64,000 bases of DNA from Lepidodermella squamata (taxonomy: Eukaryota > Animalia > Gastrotricha): the NCBI GenBank assembly GCA_047495785.1, contig JBLDXI010000004.1:2728001-2792000 (forward strand). The letters are read 5' to 3'. Both the position numbers and the translations under genes were made by a program. The notes under the pieces are model-generated. The model saw only the letters and a program-made list of their open reading frames with translations, was not told the DNA's origin and did not search any database. Below are positions 33,776 to 45,416 of this stretch, in pieces; the stretch's first letter is position 1, and each line of letters starts with the position of its first letter.

Positions 33776-36700
33776 TTAGACAGTATACTTCTCGCAGGCG
33801 ACATGGGAAGCTGTGTCAGTGCAATTTTGCAGTGTGAACCAGAAATAACCAGGCTCTGCAGGGTCTCCAGACGGTTCAATCTGTTTCACAATGAAGCAAA
33901 GCTCAACTGGCGTGGGATCTATGTAGGACATATCATCCATGCCCGTATAAGGATGGATCGTGCCGTCTTCAAAGATCAGGTTATTGTCATCACCAGCAGG
34001 TTTCTTCCAGCCAACCCACGTTTTAAAGGTGTTAGGATCAAGTTGTTCCTGTAAGACCTTGTAACCGATATCCGTCGTGAAAGATAACCTCTCTTCAGAG
34101 CGCTTTGGCATAAGTAGTTGAGCGTTGTTGCTATGACACAGTTCAATAGCCTCATTTCTCGTCATTTCACTTCCGCCAAGAATGATAATCTCCCTGGTGG
34201 CTGAGTCGCAAATTCGATTGTTCCAAGACGACGGATAGCGCGTTTCACCTTCGAAGCAGCGGCTGATTCGGCAGTTGATCGTTTGATTTGGCGCAACGCA
34301 ACTGTATAATCTGAAACCAAAAACGCCCAAAATGAAACATAAATCAAGAAATTGAAATTGAAATATAAAGCTTTGAATTATGATGGTTAGGTATTTTATG
34401 ATACATAAGCGTCATATTCTTTCCATATTCTTCAAAAAAGAATTAAAAAAAATTCAAATTCTTTAAAATTTTGGCTTTTTGTTTTTGGATGGATATTGGA
34501 TACTGATGCCCTTCTTGAACACATCTTTTTCGGTAAAATAAAATCTGCCGCCCACAAGGTAAAAGTTCGCCCTCGTTTATCTCAGCCCTCATTTAATAAT
34601 AGCGCGCCCTCGTTTTGAAGAGGTGCGCTCTAAAATTCGCCCTGTTTGGTTAAACCACCGCCCAATTTCATTTATTCAACTTGGGCGGCTCTCAGCTCAT
34701 TTTTCATTCAAATCAGTGCTCCACAAACTCGCATTTGTTCCGGCCGCGTGCGCCCGGCTGGGCAGTTCATGGTGGCCGGTAGGCGGCCGGTTTCTCAAAG
34801 AATTGCTGGAATGTAGCCGGATGCATAGTTTCGCTCTATCTTAACCCAAAAATCAGCTTGTTATGCACTATTTTCAGCCGATGGTGAAAAAGTTTGCGAA
34901 GCACTGATATAAAATATAAACTGTTCGAATAAGACTTTTGAGGAGCCCGATGGACGATAGTACCTACCTAATAGCACGGTCTACCTAATAATATTACACG
35001 ATATAAGCTATATGAGTTTAACATTTCAAATTATCCAGGTGCATTCCTCCTCCACTTGCCCTCTCTGCCCTTGTAACTGATGACCCTTGACCAGTCTAAA
35101 CTGAGGAACGGTCTGATGCTTATTTCGATTTTTTAATATATTGCAACAGCGCTATGCTTATTGTTAAATATCGGGTTTCGGGGTGTGAGAGATGATGCAT
35201 CATATTTTCGAGAAATAATATGAAATAATAAAGGGAAAATGAGTATTCCAGAGATAATTCGAGAAATAATCCCTAGAAATGATGTGTGTATTTCTATTCA
35301 TAAACTCACGGGGTTGCACATGTTTCGAACGAGTAGAAAGTGTAATCCGATGTCTATCGAATAAAAATATTACAAATTTATGACCGTCAGACTGCAATAA
35401 TTTGCGGTGATCTTATCTTACCGTTCCAGCTGGGCATGAAATTGTTGAAGGAACGCAAATCGAGGAGTAGTTTGTTGCACTATCTAGACACCGATTGTAT
35501 ACATTCTAAGAATTGAACAGGTGTCAAATGAATTAATTTAAATAAAACTGCCTGAAAAACTTACCGTAATTTGTCCCTTGCACGCTGCTACATTTTCAGA
35601 TTTTACAGATTCAGTTACACCAAAAGTGCCCAACTACAAATAATATAAACTGTTTCTTATAATATTATATAAATGAGAAGGGTCTAACTTCGTATTTGCC
35701 TTCCCCTGTTGGGCAGGTTTCAGTACAGCTGCCACCTTTGATCGAATCGAAGCACATTTTCACGCTCTGTTATTACAACGAAAATTTCATTAACTATTTT
35801 CCATGAGCCATTCCGGAAACCTTACTCCAGTTTCAACCTCGGCAACTTTCTCGCACATAGCGAATTTCGACGTGCCACTGCATTGGATCGCATCGAAGAA
35901 ATAATTATGATCAGGAAAACGGGTATCGAAAATCATGACGACACAAACATCGATTGGCTGGAAATAGATTGAAGCATCAGGACCTTTTTTAAAAAAAATA
36001 GGCCAGCTCCAGTGAAGTAGATTGTAAGTATAACGAGTTCCGTCGTCCCAGAACAGCGAGCCATTGGCGTATTTCGTCAAAGGAACCCACGCTGTAAAAT
36101 TGTTTCGGTCCAAATTAGCCTGCAACACTCTTAGCGCGGTAACTGCTTGCAGATCCATGAAATAATCGCCGTCTCTCATTATCGCTGGCTTGGCATCGTT
36201 TGCAGCGCACACCGCAGATATATCGCTTCGCGTCAAGCTGGTGGATCCTCCGTAGAAAAAGAACTGCCTCTTCGCGACTTGACACTTGTACAACGATGAA
36301 AACGAAGCGTTGGCTGGGTTTCGAGTTTCACCCTGTAAGCAGCTGTCTTTTCGACAGTTGACGGATCCGCCCGAAGCTTCACATCTGACATAACTGGAAA
36401 GGGAAAGCAAAAACGAAATTTTCAACAATAACAAGAGCTAGAAATTCGTTCTCGAAACAGCAGAAAATAGGCTCGGAACTCTCATTATTGAATACATATA
36501 ATCATTAAAGCTACGTAAAGTGGATGTAACTCACCTTGCAGCCGAAACAGTTGAGCAAGCTGTGAAGTTGTCGTAGACAATACCGTCGACGCTGGGATTC
36601 TATCAAGCGTAAGAAAACTGTAAATGTGCGAACATCGAAGACTTGAACTCACTGTATTGGCTGGGCACGGTTTCGATTGTGGAACACAAATAGCAAGGGC

Positions 36701-39700
36701 GTTTGTCGAACTGTCCATGCATCTTTTGTGTTGCCCCTGTTAAACGCAATGCATTAGTGGAAATGGAACCCGGTGGTTTCTTTATTACCTGGACCAGAGC
36801 TTGGCAAGTGGCTTGATTATCGGCTTTTGGAACTACCAACGTGCCAATTGGACCGAGCTGAAAGATATTATAGATTGAGAGCCACAGTATTAACAATTCT
36901 TCAAGGTTCTCACGTCGAATTTGCCGGCTCCTGTAGCGCAACTGTCACCACAGCTACCTCCGCTTGTAGCGTCATAACATAATTCGACGGACCTGTAATT
37001 CATATTGCGTAGTGTTTTGAGCGAAAAGGTCTGTGATTTTCAACTCTCAACTAGCGAGTATTTTAAAAACCCAGGCAAGAATAAAGAACAAACGATGAAC
37101 GTTGATTTAAGTGATGGGGGATTCCTTTAACACTTAACTTAACACACGAACTCCTCAAATTATTCGTCCAAATTTCAACAGATTGTAACATCTTTTCAGT
37201 CAGTGAAATCGGGCTACGGTTCCGAGGTTCGGCAAACAGAGAGTTTCGAAATAAATAAATTCAGCCATTGCGACCGATTAACGGTTCCAGGAAAAGTGTC
37301 TGGAGTCTGGAACAATAGTAATGATAAATCAGTACAAATCAGGTCAGATATTAAATTCTGACTTTAATATGCTTCATATACCATATTTCTCCAAAATATA
37401 CAGCGGGGTATATTTGCGATTGAACCAACAATTTTTAAGGGTTGTAATCGGGGCTGGGGATATTTTCGAGGTGCGGTATATTTTCGAGAAATACGGTACA
37501 TTAGTATAACTAAAATTCCCAATTTTGAAACTATTTTGAAACATCGACACCCCAAGGACACGCCTTCAGCGTTCTTATACGCCACCAAGAAATGGTGCCG
37601 GCTCGCCGTCATGCGAGCGAAATGTGAGGCATTCATTCAACACTACTCGACCTGCACGAAACTAGCAAAGTTTAACTTGACCACCTGTCGAGATTTCGAC
37701 AAAGAGATGACAGCCTGTCTCGACGCGCTCAACATCACAGCCAATGAAGCCAATGAAGAATGATTGAGTCTAACCCGGGACAACACCTACTTTCAATCCT
37801 CCGCGAACGCTCCTTCAACGAGTTTAGCGAGTCGCACAAGGGTCGGGGCATCGAGCTCTGTAAACAAGTTCCCTTAAATGGGTGTAACAAATGGGTGACG
37901 AGCAAGGCAGGACTATCAGCAATCGACTTCACCACCACCCTCAAGATGCGCGCGGACGTGTGCTCCAACCGAGCGAAACCAGGACGCAGCAGCGATGGAA
38001 CCCGTTGTCGCCACTGCGATAGCGAAACCGAAACCCTTCCCCACATCCTCGGAAACTGCGAATTTGGCAAGCTAATGAGGAACGCGCGTCACCATCGCAT
38101 CCGATCAACCATCGCCGCCGCCCTTGCGAAAAAGGGTTATAAAGTTCACGAGGAATCTGATTGCACTACCGATGACGGCCAGCCGAAACGGGTCGACATT
38201 CTCGCCTACAACACCACTAGCAAGCAGGGTTGGATCATCGACCCAGCCCTTCGTTTCGAACTCGGCGCCACCCAGCCAGCCGATGTCGACGCTGAGAAGA
38301 AGTGTCACTACGAGCCGTGCTTCTCTAACCTTCAGAAGCGATTCGATCTCAAATCAATCGAGGTATTGGTACTAATGGTCGGTGCTCGCGGCACTATTCC
38401 CCGTCAATTCGTCAACTTCCTAAAACGCTTTGAGCTGCCACGGCTACCAGCCATTAATTCGAATGTGGAACTTCAAACAAACCTTGAATTGGTAGCTTTA
38501 AAACTAAAATCAGTGAACTAAGCGAGAACATTTTCGAGGCAATTTGGCTAGTTGGGAGGCAAAGTGGCTTAGTTGGGTCGTTGAGCTACTGCGTATCGTT
38601 CGAGAGTGGGTTCAAATCCTAGTGACAGATAGAGTCCTAGTTCCTCCCCTAGCTAGGCCGTACCAATCAGATCCTGTCATCTGGACATTATCATCTCACC
38701 GACAAGACCCAGGGTTAGAGTAAGTGGCACGGAGATGTGAGGTAAAAATCTTCCGTCCTTCGATAAGAGATAATGTGATCTTTCTCACCCATAAGTCGGT
38801 TGCTTCGATAGACAGCTCGCGTAATTGCTCGTGAAGTCAGTTTTATTAAAGAAAGTTAAAACCTGGAACAAACGATGACATTATATTGACATAATTTAGA
38901 TTTGGCGAAGCAATTACCAGCGTCAATGGAGATGAGCATCGGCTACGGCAAATCACTTCACTTGACGTCGCACACAAAGCCGCTGGCTGTAAAATAATAA
39001 GGAATTACATGAACATTTAGAAAATTAAACATACCCCAGCTAGGCAACGTGCTTTATCTGCAAAACTCTCCGGGCTATATTCCTGAAATTTTGAAAAAAA
39101 ACAGTAAATTACTTTCGTGAATCTGCCTATAACACTCACCCTGGTCATGAGAGCCGCGTCGCACTGGGTTGGCTGGCAGCCAACAAAAGAGCGATCGCTT
39201 TTCCTAAAGCATCGCAGGTTTGTTGAAAAATCGCTGGTATTTCTGACGACTAAAACAAGATAGAGCTTGATAGGAACACTATTGAAAAACACGCTTCAAT
39301 CTCACTATTGGCCGCAGTCATACAAGCCCGAGTATCCACGTCCCAGTATCTCACTAAAGTCTGATAAATAGAAAAATATAGGAAAATCTGGCAATAATAT
39401 AATAGGTCTTACCCAGTTGTTGGGACAGCTGTTAGTGAACGGGATGCAGATAGCCTGTCCGTTGTTATTGCATTGCGTGGCTGGGAAGGTCTACGAAGAT
39501 AACAAAATTACAATGTTCTCGAAAGCTGTTATAGCAGACAAACCAGGAAATTCCGAATTTCCGCCTGGCAGGTTTTGTACATAGCGCCAAACAATGTGCC
39601 GATGTATCTTTTAATCTGAAATTACGAGAATGTTAATTGTTCTCAAAATAGCAGACGTTTGTTAGAAAAAAACGAATATAGGGTAACACTCATATGTTTT

Positions 39701-40503
39701 GCCTAACAGGCTCTACAGGGTTTGCCTCCCTTCACCGTCCTTATGACTTATGTGTGACTTATTTCATCCGACTTGGGGCTTCAAACTCCGAAACTCGATG
39801 CCGCTACTGAACATACTGAACCGACAACCAAAAAAGTGACTTAAATCATCCAACATCGACTTGAATATCAGTTTTTTTATACTTTTTTGTACTGTACTTT
39901 TTTGAAAATATGGGAAAGCAAGTCGGCCATCTCTTCCCGTCAAAATAGACGAATAAAATAGAATTAAAAAAAAATTCTATTATTTTTTTTTAATTTCAAA
40001 AATTTATTCACATTTGATGTTATTGAATAATTCAAACCCCTTGACAAATAACAAATTTGGAAATGATTTTCTCGAATTTAATTTGAAATTTATGTTGTTC
40101 CAAAAATAATATCCAAATTAAAAAACCTCAATTTCATCAGCGGAACAGCTAATCTTGCCCGGTAAACATCGCATGTTAATTGTCTTGTAGTTGAAACAGC
40201 TTCGAGCCCACTGTTAAAAAAGTTTGCAATACAAATGGGAAATAATCAAATGATAAGTACTCACTCCAGTTCTGCATGCTGACAAGGTCACAAATGTTCC
40301 TCCGAGCTGGATTGAAATAAATGTGTTCAGATGTTGGAAATAATTGACGAGATTCTGAGTACCTGATACTCTTGAAGAATCGAGCATTGGGTTTTACAGC
40401 CATTGAATGCGTCGTTCGTCCGCGAGAAGCATCGCATGTACGAAGCAGCTTCGGCTGCTTGGATTAGCCCGATGACAAGGCAGGTAAAACTAAGTGTTTT
40501 CAT
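33776..40503 (-). CDS. Large secreted Cys-module protein with two C-type lectin domains (paralog D, ~19 exons)
   Basis: Signal MKTLSFTCLVIGLIQAAEA; Cys-module exons 40.5-38.9 kb; two homologous 5-exon cassettes (36993-35826 and 35766-33776), each ending in a CTLD (WVPLTK...FWDDGT; WVGWKK...FEDGT), joined by a 59-nt phase-0 intron 35767-35825. Confidence 0.72.
37536..38460 (+). mobile_element. 5'-truncated RLE-type non-LTR retrotransposon (R2/NeSL/Utopia group) in an intron of paralog D
   Basis: CRHC...ETLPHILGNC zinc knuckle, RNARHHRI, VDIL...IIDP...EKK.HY restriction-like endonuclease motifs. Confidence 0.85.
38558..38780 (+). mobile_element. Candidate tRNA-derived SINE
   Basis: A box TGGCTTAGTTGG (38565-38576) and B box GGTTCAAATCC (38609-38619); 3' extent uncertain. 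Confidence 0.45.
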
Positions 40504-41939
40504 TGGCGAGTAAACAAGTGTTATTTTCAATAGTAAAATGAAGATGGCAGGTTGAAGAAAATAAATGAATGAAAATGAAACGCTCATTCGATGACTGCTG
40601 CGAATTTGGATCGCGTGTTCACTGGTTGTTTATTTCAATGAACGCCAGCACGCGATCTTCTTACCAGAAAAATAACGATTTAGCGGAAAAATCAAGTTCA
40701 AAAGGTCTAACTTATGTGTCCATTTATTAAGGTTAGCGGTTTTTGCTTTGTGGAATTTTTGTGGGAAATAATGTGGATCCTCTATTCAATGCCACATTAG
40801 AAATTGAAGAAAGATGAAAATTTTCCAAGGATCGTCCCTACTTCATCGACCAGGCGTCCCGGGTAGGGACCGGCGCTATCCCTGGCTGTACAACCCAGTG
40901 AAGCTTTACTCAAGTTTCACCGAAATTTGAGTAAAGCCTGGACCATAAAAATACCGCTAGCTGAGCTATCACGAAAAAATCTCGTTCATCCTGAAATTCT
41001 CTTCCTGGCTCCATCAACAAACTCCAGAGAACCAGCGCTGATTTAACGAAATCGATCAAAGGAAAATAAATTCCCACCGAAATTTTGAGCTTTTTCATGA
41101 TCAAGCTGAACATCTGCGACCCATGGTGTTCCACTCCTTTCTCGTTAGTATGCAGTCTATCTTTGGGCTTTCAATATAATGCCCATTCCACTTGGCTATA
41201 TTTCGGAAATTCCCAGAAAATTAGTCATGCGATCGACATGCGAGTCATGATGCGCAGCTTCCTGGACCATTAAAAAACTGCTTCAACTTCATTTTAATTG
41301 ATAACGAAAATTTATTTTATTTGCAACTGCGAAACCATTTTTCGTCGATAACACCAGTTAAAATTTCCTTGAAAATTGCACAAAATAACCAAAAAACGAA
41401 CAACCAATCGAATATTTTGTTTACTGTATATCCAAGCGATGATAAATCAGCTGACCATCTATCCTAAGCAGCCTATCCTAAACTATGTTTGTGGTCCTCC
41501 CAAATGTAGCCTTTCATCTTTATTCTTTCAATATCAGTCCGGGAAAAGATAAACACATCGACACAGATCCACAGATAACGTAGAACAGTCTCAACGATGT
41601 ATTCGCTACAGCTCTATCAACGCCACCATCAACACTGTCAGGAAGGCGATATTAATAATGGCAATAATTAGTACTACACAATGCGATAAATATTGTCTAA
41701 ACCATAGACAACACTGTAACAGATAGGAAACTAACGATGTTTCCATAGTGAATTTATTCGAGGTGAATTTGCCATGAGTGCGGCACGCGGCCACTTTTTA
41801 AGCCACCTAACGCCCTATCCGCCCATTACAATTTTAATTATAATTTCAAAAATAAACAACCCATGGGTAACCCTGTCAAACATTTTGATTTTCTGCTCCT
41901 AAATACTAGAAGCGGACCTCTATGTAACAACTCTATGTA

Positions 41940-42250
41940 ACCTCCCGGAGATTCGTTTACATATTTAGTTAAATTAGTTTATTTTCTCTGTCTGACGATA
42001 TAAAATTTGCCAGGTGAATAATTTATTTCGATTTTCCGATTATTTTCTAGGCTCTACAAATTATATCCAAGAATTTCCCTTAACAAAGCAACGCTTTGAG
42101 AAAATTCGAAGTCCATGTAACAAGGCCGGAAATAATCGGAAAATGAAAAAAAATTATTTATCTGACACATTTTATATCGTCGGATAAAGAAAATTCTCAA
42201 CATGGATAAACTAATTTTTTCACATTTTCAAACAAATCTCCAGAAGAGCT
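41940..42250. mobile_element. Degenerate foldback MITE
   Basis: Imperfect inverted arms (GACGATATAAAAT.TG.CAG.T.AATAATTT / AAATTATT.A.CTG.CA.ATTTTATATCGTC). Confidence 0.6.
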
Positions 42251-43745
42251 AACCTCGGCGGCACGCGACTAACAGGTGATGTCTTGTACCGCACTACAAA
42301 GTGAATTCATCTCAAAAACATGTTGTTTTGATCTTATTTTTAAAATTTGGGGTCGCGTGTTTCATTTGCACTCCAACAATAGAAAAATACGTCATTTCCA
42401 GCTGTAAACAGCTTTCCAACTGAATTCGGACACGGTGGTCGCGTGGATGTTTTGTTGGACTGAATTTTTTTCACTCATTCAAGTGATTTGCAATATAGTT
42501 TTAAAATGATAAAGGTCGTAGCTTACTTTTCATTATTTTGCCTATTTGGCGGTGTTTCGTGCCAATGGAAACGCTGTATGTCACTACTCGACAACTCATT
42601 CGTAGACTGCTCGGTGGCTTGTGACGTATTGAAGCAATACCAGGTTTTCATGAAACATTTTCCCTTTTCAGCCATTTTACCTTGTTAAAATCCTATAGTC
42701 TGGCTCCAGTTTTACTACGCTCGATTTGTGTCGAAGTGGGGTGAGTAATTCTATGAAAAAATGTATCACGCACGACAGTGGTGATTTGTGTCGAACAGAA
42801 TGGTCGCATGTGTTACAAATTTGCAGCTCTAACTCCAAGCTGTCGGCCCGGCAATGTCCCATGCAAAGCTCCTGATGAAATTTCGGTGCGTCAATCAACT
42901 AAATTTTACCATTATTCCAGTTACTCCAGCCATCCTTTTCTTGTAATTGTATCCGTCCAGTTTCAGCCATTTTACAGTCGAGCAATCATTCGCTCAAGTT
43001 TGGACCTCTGCGAAGTCGATCGGAGGAATTTTGCGGTAGCTCAGGATTTACGATTTTCTAATGCCATCTTTGAAAATAAGATTACAAATTTGTTTCAGAA
43101 TCAAAACTTCAAGCAATGCTCGACGAATGGGACGCTGGTCACATGCATCCCAATTAAACAAGCCTGCCCGAGTACTACAGTATGTGAATCACAAAATATT
43201 TGAATTTTCATTGTCGGAATTATAAAGTCATTGTCGGAATTTAATTTTGAAATATACCTTTTGTATAAATTCCGCGTTGCCAGTTTAAATGTTCAATCGC
43301 TTTCAATTTTATTAATTAATTAAATCCGTCAAAGCACACTATGTATTAGAGTCGATCCCTTATTTTTCAGGCTACCGGTGGTCGAACATTTGTCAACCTT
43401 GCCTCTTGCGTCGATGGGAAAAGTGAGAAATTCTGCTGTCTGCTTTTGACATGTTCCAATAATGATGAAATCTCTGTTTAGTTCATGTATCCGACAATGA
43501 GAAGCCTCATGTTCGCTGTTTGAGCAACCCGGGACGAATCTTCACTGGCTGTCGTCCCAGCTCAATCGGCTGCTCAGCTAGCAACGAGACCCAAGAATCT
43601 GATCCGTACATCAACCAGGATAACTGCCTTCGAGGGGTGACTTTAATTTTTCGATAAAATCTTAAAATCATTTATCCAATGAGGATTTTTCGATTTCAGG
43701 CTGCTGCTCAGTGTGATTTAGGTGGAACCAAGCTTTGCGTCGGGA

Positions 43746-44027
43746 CAGAGGCGTAGCCAGGATTTATTTTTGGGGGGTGATAATTTTTTTTACTTGCGGC
43801 TTCGAAAATTTCGGGGTCTAAAAAACACCTGAAAACCTATTTGTGAGCGAAGCGAGCTTTAGCTGACGCTTTTTCGGGCATTTTCAAGCTGAAAATAGCC
43901 TTAAAATGCGTTAAAAATTGCATTGTTCACAGAAAATTTGTAGCCGGAGACCACTTTCAGGATTTCTTTGGGGGGTGTTTAACACCCAAACCCCCCCCCC
44001 CCCCCCCCCCCCCTGTCTACGCCACTG
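43746..44027 (+). mobile_element. hAT-type MITE inserted in an exon
   Basis: TIR CAGAGGCGTAGCCAGG / CCTGTCTACGCCACTG; perfect 8-bp TSD CGTCGGGA (43738-43745, 44028-44035). Confidence 0.93.
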
Positions 44028-44105
44028 CGTCGGGAGACAATGCCCTACAGGATCGGCACAGGTAGATAGCATATGAAACATATTCCGAATTCCTGTCATT
44101 ATCTA

Positions 44106-45416
44106 TGACGGGGAACTCCCGTTGTCGTAGGTCGTGTTCCGTCTGTCCGTCTGTCCGTCGTCAAGGAGGATACGTATGTGTGAAAAAACGAAATCAAGGA
44201 GGATGACGGGGAACTCCGTTGTCGTGGGGCGTGTTCCGTTCCGTCGTTCCGTACGTCGTCAAAGTAGTATGTGTTAGTGTTGTCAAAAAATGATTCCTCT
44301 GTTTCAGGAGGATGTGTGTGTACCAGTAAAAAATGTGTTGTCAGTGTTGTCAAAAAATGATTCCTCTGTTTCAGGAGGATGTGTGTGTACCAGTAAAAAA
44401 TGTGTTGTCAGTGTTGTCAAAAAATGATTCCTCTGTTTCAGGAGGATGTGTGTGTACCAGTAAAAAATGTGTTGTCAGTGTTGTCAAAAAATGATTCTTC
44501 TGTTTCAGGAGGATGTGTGTGTACCAGTAAAAAATGCGTTGTCGTTTGACGATGTCGTGGGCCGTGTTCCACTCTGTCGGTCAGTCGGCAAAAAGCATCA
44601 GTAAGAGGGGGTTAAAAATTTATCCCTTTTACAGGAGGATAAGGGCGTGCCAGTAAAAAATGTGCTCTGTCTCGTGATGCCAGTCAATGCCGCGTGCAGT
44701 TGGGCGCACGACATCGACGCACAACATGGGCTGACTTGCTCACTCGCGTGACCGTTTGCGCGACGTGATCTGCTCGCCTATTACATGGTGCATACCCCTT
44801 AAAATAAACTCTGTGCATATGCGTGGTGCGTGTCTCGCAAAATCAAGTTTACATTGGGTCGCGCAAAATGAGTAGCGCAGTCGGGAAACGCCCGTACTAT
44901 TTTTGCATGTGCGACGTGGCAACTTTGGACCGGCGACTAACGGTAATAGCACATTCCCAGACCCGCTTACGTTTTCGTAAAAACCATTACGCTACGCATG
45001 CGCTCTATTTTTACCGTTAATATGCTAATGTAACGTAACACGTAAATGTTCAAATACTGGCAAATTCGTGATTTGTAGCTAGAATTGCAGCCCACCTGAG
45101 CAACGATACATTGACTTGCAAGCCCATCTCGAATAATAGCCCGAGCTACTACGTAACTTTATAAGCTGCGAGATTTGGACCCTAATGCCAAGTGTTGTAG
45201 GTGGCGGTTACCGAATGACTCTCAAATCAAGCATCAATTCTCATATCAAGCATCAATTCTCAATTCCATCCGGGCGTGGACACGCTACTTGGTTATGCGC
45301 AAAGCTGGGCAGCAAGTCAAAGATGTGCATGAAAACGTTATACTTAGGTATTAGGTTATGCATGTTCAAGGTCACACGTGCCCACGTGCTTGACGAAGTC
45401 ACGGAGTTCCCCGTCA
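44106..45416. mobile_element. Non-autonomous TIR element with internal 67-bp tandem repeat (44270-44543, ~4 copies)
   Basis: TGACGGGGAACTCC at 44106 (and again at ~44204) and its reverse complement ending at 45416; no TSD seen. Confidence 0.7.

Noticed and set aside
33776-36993. Mutually exclusive alternative 3' lectin cassettes (Dscam/protocadherin-like locus)
   Set aside because: A strong GTAAGG donor before the CTLD1 stop and an in-frame 59-nt intron explain the second cassette as a constitutive tandem extension; the two cassettes' first exons also differ in phase
44270-44543. CRISPR-like or coding repeat
   Set aside because: Units are head-to-tail near-identical with no unique spacers; it is a simple minisatellite
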